Source: an uncultured archaeon (lineage in GTDB: Archaea > Asgardarchaeota > Heimdallarchaeia > Heimdallarchaeales > Heimdallarchaeaceae). From it: DNA of 37,942 nucleotides. The translations under genes and the position numbers were made by a program. Of this stretch, positions 30,380 to 37,942 are shown piece by piece. The notes under the pieces were generated by a model that saw only the letters and a list, made by a program, of their open reading frames with translations, ran no database searches and had not been told where the DNA came from. The stretch covers positions 13,578-51,519 of the forward strand of contig CAZHRF010000019.1 in assembly GCA_964534625.1 (NCBI GenBank), given 5' to 3'. How positions within the stretch are numbered: position 1 is the stretch's first letter; every line of letters starts with the position of its first letter.

Positions 30380-31189
30380 TCATTCAATGATTACTTTATC
30401 GTCTATCAGAGCAGGAGATCGGAAAGTTATCCCTTGAAAAGGATAGTTGTATTTTAACAATCTATGCTGAACTCCTTGTTTTATTCTTAGTAGTTTTAAG
30501 GGGGTAAGTTCGAGTTTAGTATTATCAATCTGAATAAGTTGACTGCCAGTTATAGTTAGATACCACTCTTCAATATACTTGTGGTGATGATTTGTATCTT
30601 TATGATTGGTTTTGTAATAATCATCTATACTCTTCAAGTTCATATAAGCTAAAGATAATTCTGGAGTAGAATATATCGCAGAACCCAGCCCTAGAACCCA
30701 ACAGTTTTGATTCTGTGGAGCAGTTAGATCAATTAAAAAACCCTCTTTGGGGTCTAAATTAGAAGTCGAGGAGGTTTGTGTTATTTTTTTTAGGTGATCT
30801 AAGGTTAATTCTTGATGTACTTTGCGTTCATCATTTTGGTGTGGTACCTTAATTACGATATGACTCAAAGGAGATTTCCCTCCTGCCATTAAATGTGGGA
30901 CATTACGATTAACAAGTAGCAACTTATTAGGTATAATAGAAATGAGTTTGTCATTAACTAATATATCCATTTGTCCTTCAAGGACGAAATAAATCTCAGT
31001 AGAAAGGGAGTGAGAATGAATTTGACTTTCCTTCCACAGCCTTGTTTTGGTAGACTTTCTAAATTGTAAAATTGGAGAATAATACGGAGAATGTTTATCT
31101 TTTGTTGAACTCAGAAGCCAATGTTCTCCACTTGTCTGACTAATATTATACAATATATAGTCACTAGTGCTAAAAGAATCGGCATTCAT
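30380..31189 (-). CDS. Tandem cupin (bicupin) protein
   Basis: HSH..TEIYFVLEG..PH and HHH..EEWY..TG..QH. Confidence 0.8.
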   Translation of the reverse strand: MNADSFSTSDYILYNISQTSGEHWLLSSTKDKHSPYYSPILQFRKSTKTRLWKESQIHSHSLSTEIYFVLEGQMDILVNDKLISIIPNKLLLVNRNVPHLMAGGKSPLSHIVIKVPHQNDERKVHQELTLDHLKKITQTSSTSNLDPKEGFLIDLTAPQNQNCWVLGLGSAIYSTPELSLAYMNLKSIDDYYKTNHKDTNHHHKYIEEWYLTITGSQLIQIDNTKLELTPLKLLRIKQGVQHRLLKYNYPFQGITFRSPALIDDKVIIE

Positions 31190-31236
31190 TGATAAGCCTA
31201 GTACTAATTACGTTTTAAAGGTTGTTAAACCAATAT

Positions 31237-32091
31237 TCAAGGCTTAAATTTAATAAAATTCCCTTCTCGGTACTCTTTAAAAGCCAAATTAAGTTCTTCT
31301 TGAGTGTTCATTACAATAGGACCACGCCAAGCAACAGGTTCACGTAAAGGTTTAGCAGAGGCTAAAAGAAATCGCACATGGAAAGAATCAGTTCTGACAG
31401 CAATACTATTTCCCTCTGAACTATAAACTACCAAGTGTTTTTGGACTATTGGTTTTTCGTGTTCAGAATCAAAAAAACCTTCACCTTCTAGAATATAACA
31501 GAAAACATTATTATCTTTTGATATTGAGTACGTGAAAGAAGTATTAGGTGGTACATCAATATCCAGATAAATAGGATTGGTAACAACATCCTTGACTGGT
31601 CCTTCAACATTATCAACAGATCCACTTACAATTTTGATGACAGTATTCCCGCTTTTAATTTCAGGGATCATAGAAGAAGAGATATCTCTATATCTTGGAT
31701 TCATCATTTTATGGCTTCTAGGAAGATTAGCCCAAAGCTGAATGCCGCGTAAACCTGTTTTAGAGCGCTGAGGCATTTCTTGATGTATAATACCTGAGCC
31801 AGCAGTCATCCACTGAATGTCACCAGAATAAATAACTCCACTATTACCTAAACTATCTTTATGGGCAAGTGAACCACTGAATAAATATGTAATAGTTTCT
31901 ATCCCGCGATGGGGATGCCAAGGGAAACCTTGAATGTAATCTTGGGGATTATCTGATCCAAAGTCATCTAATAATAAAAAGGGATCTAATTTTGGATCAA
32001 ATCTACCAAATGCACGTTTAAGGCGTACACCAGCACCTTCTAAGGTAGGCGTACTCTGGAAAATTTCATCTACAGAACGAATAGAAGGCAT
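31237..32091 (-). CDS. Pirin family protein
   Basis: DPFLLLDDF, FPWHPHRGIETITY, QWMTAGSGIIHQEMP, GPIVMNT. Confidence 0.96.
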   Translation of the reverse strand: MPSIRSVDEIFQSTPTLEGAGVRLKRAFGRFDPKLDPFLLLDDFGSDNPQDYIQGFPWHPHRGIETITYLFSGSLAHKDSLGNSGVIYSGDIQWMTAGSGIIHQEMPQRSKTGLRGIQLWANLPRSHKMMNPRYRDISSSMIPEIKSGNTVIKIVSGSVDNVEGPVKDVVTNPIYLDIDVPPNTSFTYSISKDNNVFCYILEGEGFFDSEHEKPIVQKHLVVYSSEGNSIAVRTDSFHVRFLLASAKPLREPVAWRGPIVMNTQEELNLAFKEYREGNFIKFKP

Positions 32092-32164
32092 GATTAAAGA
32101 TACATGTAAAACTATATAATACTGAGTTTAGAACAAAAATAATAGAAAGAGAAACAAATCCCAC

Positions 32165-32300
32165 AAGAAGAAGAAATAGTAAGATGAACTACCACTGCCT
32201 ACAGGCAGATGGTTTCTTGTTTCAACGAAGTTGCCTCAAAATGAGGGCTTACCTCTTCTCCACAAGCGTAAGTTCCCGTAGTACCTACGGTACAATGTTC
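32165..32300 (-). ncRNA. Putative TnpB omega/reRNA (scaffold plus flank-derived guide)
   Basis: Retained tnpB 3' end and right-end hairpin, the region known to encode reRNA; boundaries approximate and expression unknown. Confidence 0.5.
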
Positions 32301-32572
32301 TAGTACACACAACGTACCGACTCTACATCGGAAGTCCTCAATACTCTTACTTAGGTCGATACATATACCCATTATCGTTGTTTAATGTGTAGCCCTATCT
32401 TCTACTTCCATCTTGTTCTTTTTGTTTCGTATCACTCTTGGTTTTCGAGATGGTACCAAGACACGTACACAAAGACAGCATACTTACAAAATGTTTGTAT
32501 GCTAAAACGTGTATTGTTTTTTCTTCTTTTCATCCCCGCCCTCAAGGACGGGGTTTTCAAGAAGACGTTCAC
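32184..32572 (-). mobile_element. Non-autonomous IS200/IS605-family element with both ends
   Basis: Left-end hairpin at 32534-32553 next to a TTTAT target (minus strand, 32573-32577); right-end hairpin at 32191-32213 ending TTCAT; TnpB-type C-terminal peptide TVGTTGTYACGE..SLKQE at 32291-32199. Confidence 0.8.
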
Positions 32573-32692
32573 ATAAAATTAAGAACTATATTCTTGGTTA
32601 GAAGGTGACAAAGAATAGACTTTGCCACTTTCAATGATTTAATCTCTTGTTTTTCAATATACTAAAATACTAGCTTATACATAGTAATTACT

Positions 32693-33007
32693 ATGTATAA
32701 TCCCGATACATCTTCAATGGATTCGATTATTGCTAAGTTGAAAGAAAATATGAATTATTTGAAAGATCTGGGAATAATCAAAGTTGGTGTTTTTGGTTCT
32801 ATTGTGAGAGGAGAAGAAAAAAGTGAAAGTGATATTGATATTTTAATTAAATTTGATAAATCAAAAAAAACATTTAGGAATTACTTGAAATGTTTATATT
32901 TTCTAGAAGAACTATTAGAAAGAAAAATCGATTTACTAACATTCGAATCTTTGAGCCCATTTATTGGCCCACACATCTTAAAGGAGGTAGTTTACATTGA
33001 AGATTGA
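32693..33007 (+). CDS. MNT minimal nucleotidyltransferase antitoxin
   Basis: FGSIVRGEEKSESDID fits GSX10DXD. Confidence 0.92.
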   Translation: MYNPDTSSMDSIIAKLKENMNYLKDLGIIKVGVFGSIVRGEEKSESDIDILIKFDKSKKTFRNYLKCLYFLEELLERKIDLLTFESLSPFIGPHILKEVVYIED

Positions 33008-33308
33008 TATTGAACTATTAAAACATATACTACAAGAATGTGAGTTCATACTTGCTAATACAAGAGACAAATCAATCAATGACTTTGAAGGTGATGAAAT
33101 TTTAAAAAGAGCTATAGTTAGAAGTATCAATATAATAGGAGAGGCTGTGAAAAAAGTATCAATTGAAACTCAAACTAAAGCTAAAGAAATAGAATGGAGA
33201 GATTTAGCAAGAACAAGAGATTTTCTAATTCATCAATATTTTGGCATTGACTATGAAATAGTTTGGAGCATTGTAACAGACAATATTCTGTACTTAAACA
33301 GAAAATAA
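32997..33308 (+). CDS. HEPN (DUF86/HepT-like) RNase toxin, probably frameshifted near its C-terminus
   Basis: IIGEAVK; RDFLIHQY fits RX4HXY; overlaps MNT stop; missing last helix lies in another frame ending at 33340. Confidence 0.88.
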   Translation: MKIDIELLKHILQECEFILANTRDKSINDFEGDEILKRAIVRSINIIGEAVKKVSIETQTKAKEIEWRDLARTRDFLIHQYFGIDYEIVWSIVTDNILYLNRK

Positions 33309-33343
33309 AAACACTAATAATAACACTTGAAAATATGTAAACA

Positions 33344-33790
33344 ATGCCTAAAGAGCATATTGATTTTGAGAACATACCTTCTAAGTATCAACTAATAATT
33401 AGTACATCTAAAGAAATCATTTCTATCCTTATTTCTGCTAGAGGAAATAAATCTGAAAAAGAACCGATTGACATACTTTTAGATAAGATTAATACTATTG
33501 GAGTGGGAACAAATAAAATCTTAGAAGAGAGGTATACGTCCAAATGTAGTTTCTTGGATAATGAAGAACCCAAAAAGCGAGAGAATTATGTAGGAAAACG
33601 CTCTACCCGTGGAACGTTTGTTGCTGCTTGTGGCTATACGCTCAATGCTGATGTGAATGCTGCTTATAATATTTTACTCAAAAGCGACCCCTATGCTGTT
33701 CCTTTGCGTACAGCTGCGGATGTAGGAAGGTATGTGACGTACCCCGTTAGTTGGTCCCTGGTCCATTCGTGGTCTCATTTCCCAAGCTAG
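33344..33790 (+). pseudogene. tnpB: Truncated or chimeric TnpB (C-terminal region with RuvC-III)
   Basis: EERYTSKCSFLD..YVGKR..RGTF..GYTLNADVNAAYNIL; no RuvC-I/II or N-terminal lobe recognisable. Confidence 0.8.
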
Positions 33791-33794
33791 TGAA

Positions 33795-33835
33795 ATTCGA
33801 TCCGATGTCGCACATTGTCGGATCGAATATGTCAT
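33795..33835 (+). mobile_element. IS200/IS605-type right-end hairpin
   Basis: attcgatccga-N12-tcggatcgaat (11-bp perfect stem) followed by TCAT at 33832-33835. Confidence 0.65.
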
Positions 33836-33840
33836 GATTG

Positions 33841-36084
33841 CTACTTGTCAGGCTTAGTTATCTTCTTTTTGGTGCTCATACTGCTTAGAGTTACAACCAT
33901 AGTCAAACTTTGACTAGAGCCAATTATCGGTATATTTTCTGTTATCCAACTTGGTTGTGGTGGAGGATTTGTCTCAAGCATCTCTCTCCATTGTTCGTTA
34001 GTTAATCTGTCATTAGAAGGATGTAAAAACTCATAATAAGAAAAAGTTACCCCACGAGTCAGATACAAAGCACCAGTATGTTTCTGTGCTATAGCATAGA
34101 TAACAAAAGGATTACCAACTGCAACTTCTAAAGCTTGTTTACTATTTGTCTCCGTGAATACATCAGCTATCAAAACTGGTTTTCTAGATAGATCAATATC
34201 ATAAGTATTTTTTCCATAATTAAAAGCTGCAATCTTAATGAAACGTTTCCCTAATATCTGAATGAAAGATAAATCACTTGAGGATAACTCTTCATTTTCC
34301 AATTCTTTGATACTAATTTCTGTCAACTTATCAAATATCTCAATAGCATTATCAAATTTTACGTTTATATCGGAATAAATACGATCATTTTCATTCATGT
34401 TTGTATCATTACTGTACATTAGATCCCTTTCATTTAACCCTTCTTTTAACATTCTCAAAGTTGCGCCTATTCGAGAATAAATCTGAGGGTATGGCTCTAC
34501 ATAATGAAATAACTCTGGACCTGAACCTTTTGGTGAATAAGGTTGTTTAGCGTAGAGTATAGTGTCATGTTTTAACTGTGCCCAGCTTGCTAAAGATGTT
34601 TGTAATTCTTTATCTTGCCATGCTGAAGATCGCATAAAGCCAGGATATCCTTCTCCTTTCTCATTTAATAAAGGAAGGAGCGAATATAGCCATTGCCAAT
34701 AAACATTTTGTGTCCAATCTGAGATAGTTAGATTACCAAACTCATTCCTAAGCCGAATAAGTTCTTCTACATATTTAGGATCGTTCATATCTTCGTCTAG
34801 ATGGTATTCTGCGCGTGAACTACCAAAAACAGACAATATATCCAGAGGGTTAGGAATAAGTCTAATAGATCTCTCAAGCCAAGTTAATTCATTAAAGATA
34901 TAAGCGTCAGGAGTATATCCTTGTCCAAAAAGTCTCAGACCAAAGATAATGCGAATATTACCCTCATTATTTATATTTTCTAGAGAACTAATTTTAGAGT
35001 CTTTGATTTCTTTTAACTCTTGAATCTTCTCACTTATCAAGTCATCATTTGCTAAATCTAAAACGTTTATTGTTTCGTTTTCTGTAGAACTCCAAACATT
35101 TATATAATCTAAGGGGGTAAGGTCATCACTTTCTCCAACCAAAAAAGAAGTGGTTTTACAAATCCTATCCCAATAAGTCCAAATATCTTGATTTTTGTCA
35201 TCAGTTGCAGTAAAAGAAAATAATAAAGCAAAAGCCATTCTAGTTTGTTGAATACCTAAATTGTTTCCGGGTTTATCATCATCTAATATGAAAGCGATCC
35301 TTCCTGCATACATCATAGCTTGAAAATATTTTTCTAAAACAGAATTTTGGGTATAATGACCTCTAGCTTTATACTGAGAAAAGTCTTCTTCATAATTAAA
35401 AATAGCAGAATAAGCAAATAAGCCATTTTCTATATTCTCTAATTCAGCTGTAACTAAAGAATTCACATAATAGGGAATATGAGTAGATGGATCAATAAGA
35501 TATAAGATAACTGTTAAATACGCTATGTTGTACTTTACCGCTTCTTTAAGCGTTGAATCTGTGAGAGAATTATACAACCTCTTCTGTTCATCTCTAAGAA
35601 TGTCTACCATTGTACTAAAATTACCATAGAAATATTCTTGTTCAATTATTTTAAGGCAGTTGTCGAATAAGGTATGAAGAACATGAAAACACAAGTCTGT
35701 GGTGATAAACATAGGTGTATCTGAGTTTTCCGCCACATCCATAGGTTCAAATATATCAGTATAGTCTTTATCTACTATTACAAAACCATACTGCTCTAGT
35801 AGATTTTTCATCTCTTCAGTAAGTTCAGTATCTAAACCTTGTAAATTTACATTAGATAAGCCCGGTTGTATCGGAGTTGGAATTATAGAAGGCGTAAATT
35901 CCAATTCAGGAAGGTTATAAGTGCCAAAAGCATGAGATACTAACTCTGGTATTTGGATTTCAGTTTTAAAACTTCCAACAAAAAAATTTGTAGAAAGTAG
36001 ATAGAAACTAGTTATACTGGAACTAATAATTATTGCAACTAAAACTCCAGTCAAAATAGGTTTTTTTGGTTTAGTTAAATTCAT
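33841..36084 (-). CDS. DUF3160-like membrane-anchored extracellular protein
   Basis: N-terminal TM helix; FITTD, DFSQYKARGHYT, YFQAMMY, SWAQLKHDTILYAKQ, YVEP, SYYEF..RLTNEQW. Confidence 0.82.
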   Translation of the reverse strand: MNLTKPKKPILTGVLVAIIISSSITSFYLLSTNFFVGSFKTEIQIPELVSHAFGTYNLPELEFTPSIIPTPIQPGLSNVNLQGLDTELTEEMKNLLEQYGFVIVDKDYTDIFEPMDVAENSDTPMFITTDLCFHVLHTLFDNCLKIIEQEYFYGNFSTMVDILRDEQKRLYNSLTDSTLKEAVKYNIAYLTVILYLIDPSTHIPYYVNSLVTAELENIENGLFAYSAIFNYEEDFSQYKARGHYTQNSVLEKYFQAMMYAGRIAFILDDDKPGNNLGIQQTRMAFALLFSFTATDDKNQDIWTYWDRICKTTSFLVGESDDLTPLDYINVWSSTENETINVLDLANDDLISEKIQELKEIKDSKISSLENINNEGNIRIIFGLRLFGQGYTPDAYIFNELTWLERSIRLIPNPLDILSVFGSSRAEYHLDEDMNDPKYVEELIRLRNEFGNLTISDWTQNVYWQWLYSLLPLLNEKGEGYPGFMRSSAWQDKELQTSLASWAQLKHDTILYAKQPYSPKGSGPELFHYVEPYPQIYSRIGATLRMLKEGLNERDLMYSNDTNMNENDRIYSDINVKFDNAIEIFDKLTEISIKELENEELSSSDLSFIQILGKRFIKIAAFNYGKNTYDIDLSRKPVLIADVFTETNSKQALEVAVGNPFVIYAIAQKHTGALYLTRGVTFSYYEFLHPSNDRLTNEQWREMLETNPPPQPSWITENIPIIGSSQSLTMVVTLSSMSTKKKITKPDK

Positions 36085-36262
36085 AATTTTTCACTATTAA
36101 TAAGATGAAACGGATATTTATATATCTAGACCTTGAACAGCCCTAAGTTATGTAAAATAGCTTTTAGAGAAGAGTGTTAAAGTACTTGAACAGTTAAAAA
36201 TAGCTTAAAAAAAAAGTGATTGGAAAAAAGTAATTAAAAATTCTACTCTGTTATATTATTAC

Positions 36263-36751
36263 TCATTTACTCTTTTCTTTATTCCAAGAATAGAATGATA
36301 ACTGTTTCTTCAATGATCGGTTTTTGAGGAAATAGAATAGTGAAAAGAATCCTATAATGGCAGTTCCATTAATTGCAGCAATAATTGGATTGATAAATAT
36401 TAAAGCTAAATTAATGAAAAAAGAAGTAAGAACAAATGCGAGGAAAAAAGTATTTCGGGTTTTTAATTCGCCTTTAATTATGTGTGCAGAGAAATCAATA
36501 GGTACTGTTATATTGTTTACATTTAATCCGTTGGAAAGTAAAACATATTTGTTTTGTGGTGTTTTCTCAATTAAATTAGCCTCAACAAGCTTATCTAAAT
36601 GCCATAATACAGTAGCGGGACTATTAAACTCTAATTTTCTTTTCGCCTCACGAACTCCAAAACAATTAGGATAAACAGATTGAGCATAAAGAAAGAGTTT
36701 AACAGTCGAAGGATGATCTAAGCTATTAATAAAAGTACTTTCCTCATTCAT
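36263..36751 (-). CDS. Winged-helix regulator with two C-terminal TM helices
   Basis: GVREAKRKLEFNSPATVLWHLDKLVEANLIEK; hydrophobic C-terminus; start MNEES inferred. Confidence 0.78.
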   Translation of the reverse strand: MNEESTFINSLDHPSTVKLFLYAQSVYPNCFGVREAKRKLEFNSPATVLWHLDKLVEANLIEKTPQNKYVLLSNGLNVNNITVPIDFSAHIIKGELKTRNTFFLAFVLTSFFINLALIFINPIIAAINGTAIIGFFSLFYFLKNRSLKKQLSFYSWNKEKSK

Positions 36752-36876
36752 GAAAGATACAATTTTATGAACGTTTATATATCTATTGGAAAAAATATAA
36801 GAAATACAAAATATTAAAAAAATTGAAAAAACACCCATCTATGAGGGGATAAGATAAAATAAAAGTATTAACCAAG

Positions 36877-37128
36877 TTAACTTATAAATGGTTCTTTGAT
36901 GTTTTTTAGCTCTTTTTTAAGTTGTTCTCTTTCTTCATCTTGCAAATGACCCATTTTTTGTATACCTAATTTATCCATGAATATCCGACCCAAAGCATGA
37001 TTAGCACTTTGTTTTCGAGTCGTTTGTTTTCTAGCTAATTTCTCGTGAAGTTCACCATAATTATTCTTTATTTGGTCACTAACCAGAACTGTTGCAATAC
37101 CATAACCTGCTTTTTCAATTTCTTGCAC
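36877..37128 (-). CDS. Short hypothetical protein or gene remnant
   Basis: 83-aa ORF with GAGGT upstream of a GTG start; no motif. Confidence 0.4.
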   Translation of the reverse strand: MQEIEKAGYGIATVLVSDQIKNNYGELHEKLARKQTTRKQSANHALGRIFMDKLGIQKMGHLQDEEREQLKKELKNIKEPFIS

Positions 37129-37281
37129 CTTTATATACCTCTTTGTTTTTGACTAGAAAGATGAATCACCAAGAGGGTGTGGAAGAAAAAATCACAATAG
37201 TTGGAAATAAATAAGAATTAACTGTAAGAGAAAGGAGGAAACAATAATTGATATCTTTCGACAGAGTATAAAAAAGAGATT

Positions 37282-37512
37282 TTGTTAGCAGAAAGAAAGA
37301 AATTAGAAGAAATAATAAGTAAATATAATATTCGAACTCTCCCGGATAGACTGGGCTTTAGGCTCCAAGAAGTTGTAGAGAGTATAGATAAGTATTCCAA
37401 TCAAGAACTCAAAGAAGGGTTGTTTAAACTTCAAACTATTGAAAGAGACCTAACAAGGTTAAAATTAGATGAGCTTCAAGATATTAAAAAGAAAATGGTT
37501 AATAAAAAGTAA
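37282..37512 (+). CDS. Short coiled-coil-like hypothetical protein or remnant
   Basis: 76-aa charged helical ORF with uncertain start. Confidence 0.35.
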   Translation: MLAERKKLEEIISKYNIRTLPDRLGFRLQEVVESIDKYSNQELKEGLFKLQTIERDLTRLKLDELQDIKKKMVNKK

Positions 37513-37678
37513 AGGAGTGAAAAAGATACTAATGTATTAGTATTTTATCTTGATTCTATATGTGCTTCTCCTTTTTATTCACTTTTTACAGATTAAAATA
37601 CCGGTTAACCCACTAATAGTAAAAACACCATTTTTTCTTATGGTACTTTCCAAACTTTTGATGATTTGGGGCTCCAAT

Positions 37679-37942
37679 TCATGATACTCTGGATAATATT
37701 TTGGGGAATACGTACTTTGAATGTAACTTACAAGAATATCTATTTTTTTCTGCGGTTATGTGTACAATATTTTCATATTTGTCAATATCAACTTCTGAAA
37801 AGTACTTTTGTAATAAAAGTGAACCCGATTCTATTAGAAAATCGCTGAATACTCCTAGATCTTTTTTAAGATCAGGAAATTGCTCCATGAAAGTATAAAT
37901 TTCATGTGTATGAGTTCTTTTGGGTACAACTGGGTAATTAAC
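37679..37942 (-). CDS. Hypothetical protein, probably running off the window end
   Basis: Frame is open from 37942 (VNYPVVPKRTH...MEQFPD) to the stop at 37679. Confidence 0.4.
   Translation of the reverse strand, partial: VNYPVVPKRTHTHEIYTFMEQFPDLKKDLGVFSDFLIESGSLLLQKYFSEVDIDKYENIVHITAEKNRYSCKLHSKYVFPKILSRVS

Noticed and set aside
32385-32576. 63-aa ORF ending FIPALKDGVF as a gene or TnpA
   Set aside because: It is a translation of the IS end hairpin region, with no convincing HUH/Tyr transposase motifs.
32184-33835. Composite transposon carrying the TA module
   Set aside because: The two right ends are on opposite strands and differ in sequence; HUH transposition needs left and right ends on the same strand.
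1300-37898. Many short antisense or alternate-frame ORFs in the ORF track (e.g. 5501-6046, 11880-12284, 23991-24338)
   Set aside because: They overlap well-supported genes and carry no motifs.
1-37942. Selenocysteine or pyrrolysine read-through, tRNA, rRNA and CRISPR arrays
   Set aside because: Recognised proteins end at expected lengths, and no cloverleaf, rRNA-like segment or repeat-spacer pattern was seen by eye.

Overview
AT-rich archaeal chromosomal window, most likely Asgard (Heimdall-/Loki-like; inferred from an Arf-type GTPase with a C-terminal extension, a TPR protein with a longin/uDENN-like tail, an LRR fusion and a membrane-tethered wHTH). It carries metabolic genes (MalY/PatB, pyruvoyl arginine decarboxylase, two-subunit fumarase, PRTase, flavodoxin-like protein, pirin, bicupin, Hsp20), a TetR-ABC exporter operon with a candidate operator, a PAS/response-regulator pair, an RlmN-like radical SAM-isochorismatase-flavoreductase operon, and several large uncharacterised membrane proteins. 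The best leads are: (1) an MNT-HEPN toxin-antitoxin module between two IS200/IS605 remnants that both keep TnpB omega/reRNA-type right ends, one a 389-bp non-coding element and the other a mini-TnpB ORF apparently in the TA operon; (2) an exact 40-nt copy of the PAS gene's H-box region just after the response-regulator stop, which would be antisense to the PAS mRNA; (3) structured leaders before hsp20 and the radical SAM operon; (4) a small TIR element family. No rRNA, tRNA or CRISPR array was seen. All family calls come from reading motifs by eye, not from database searches.
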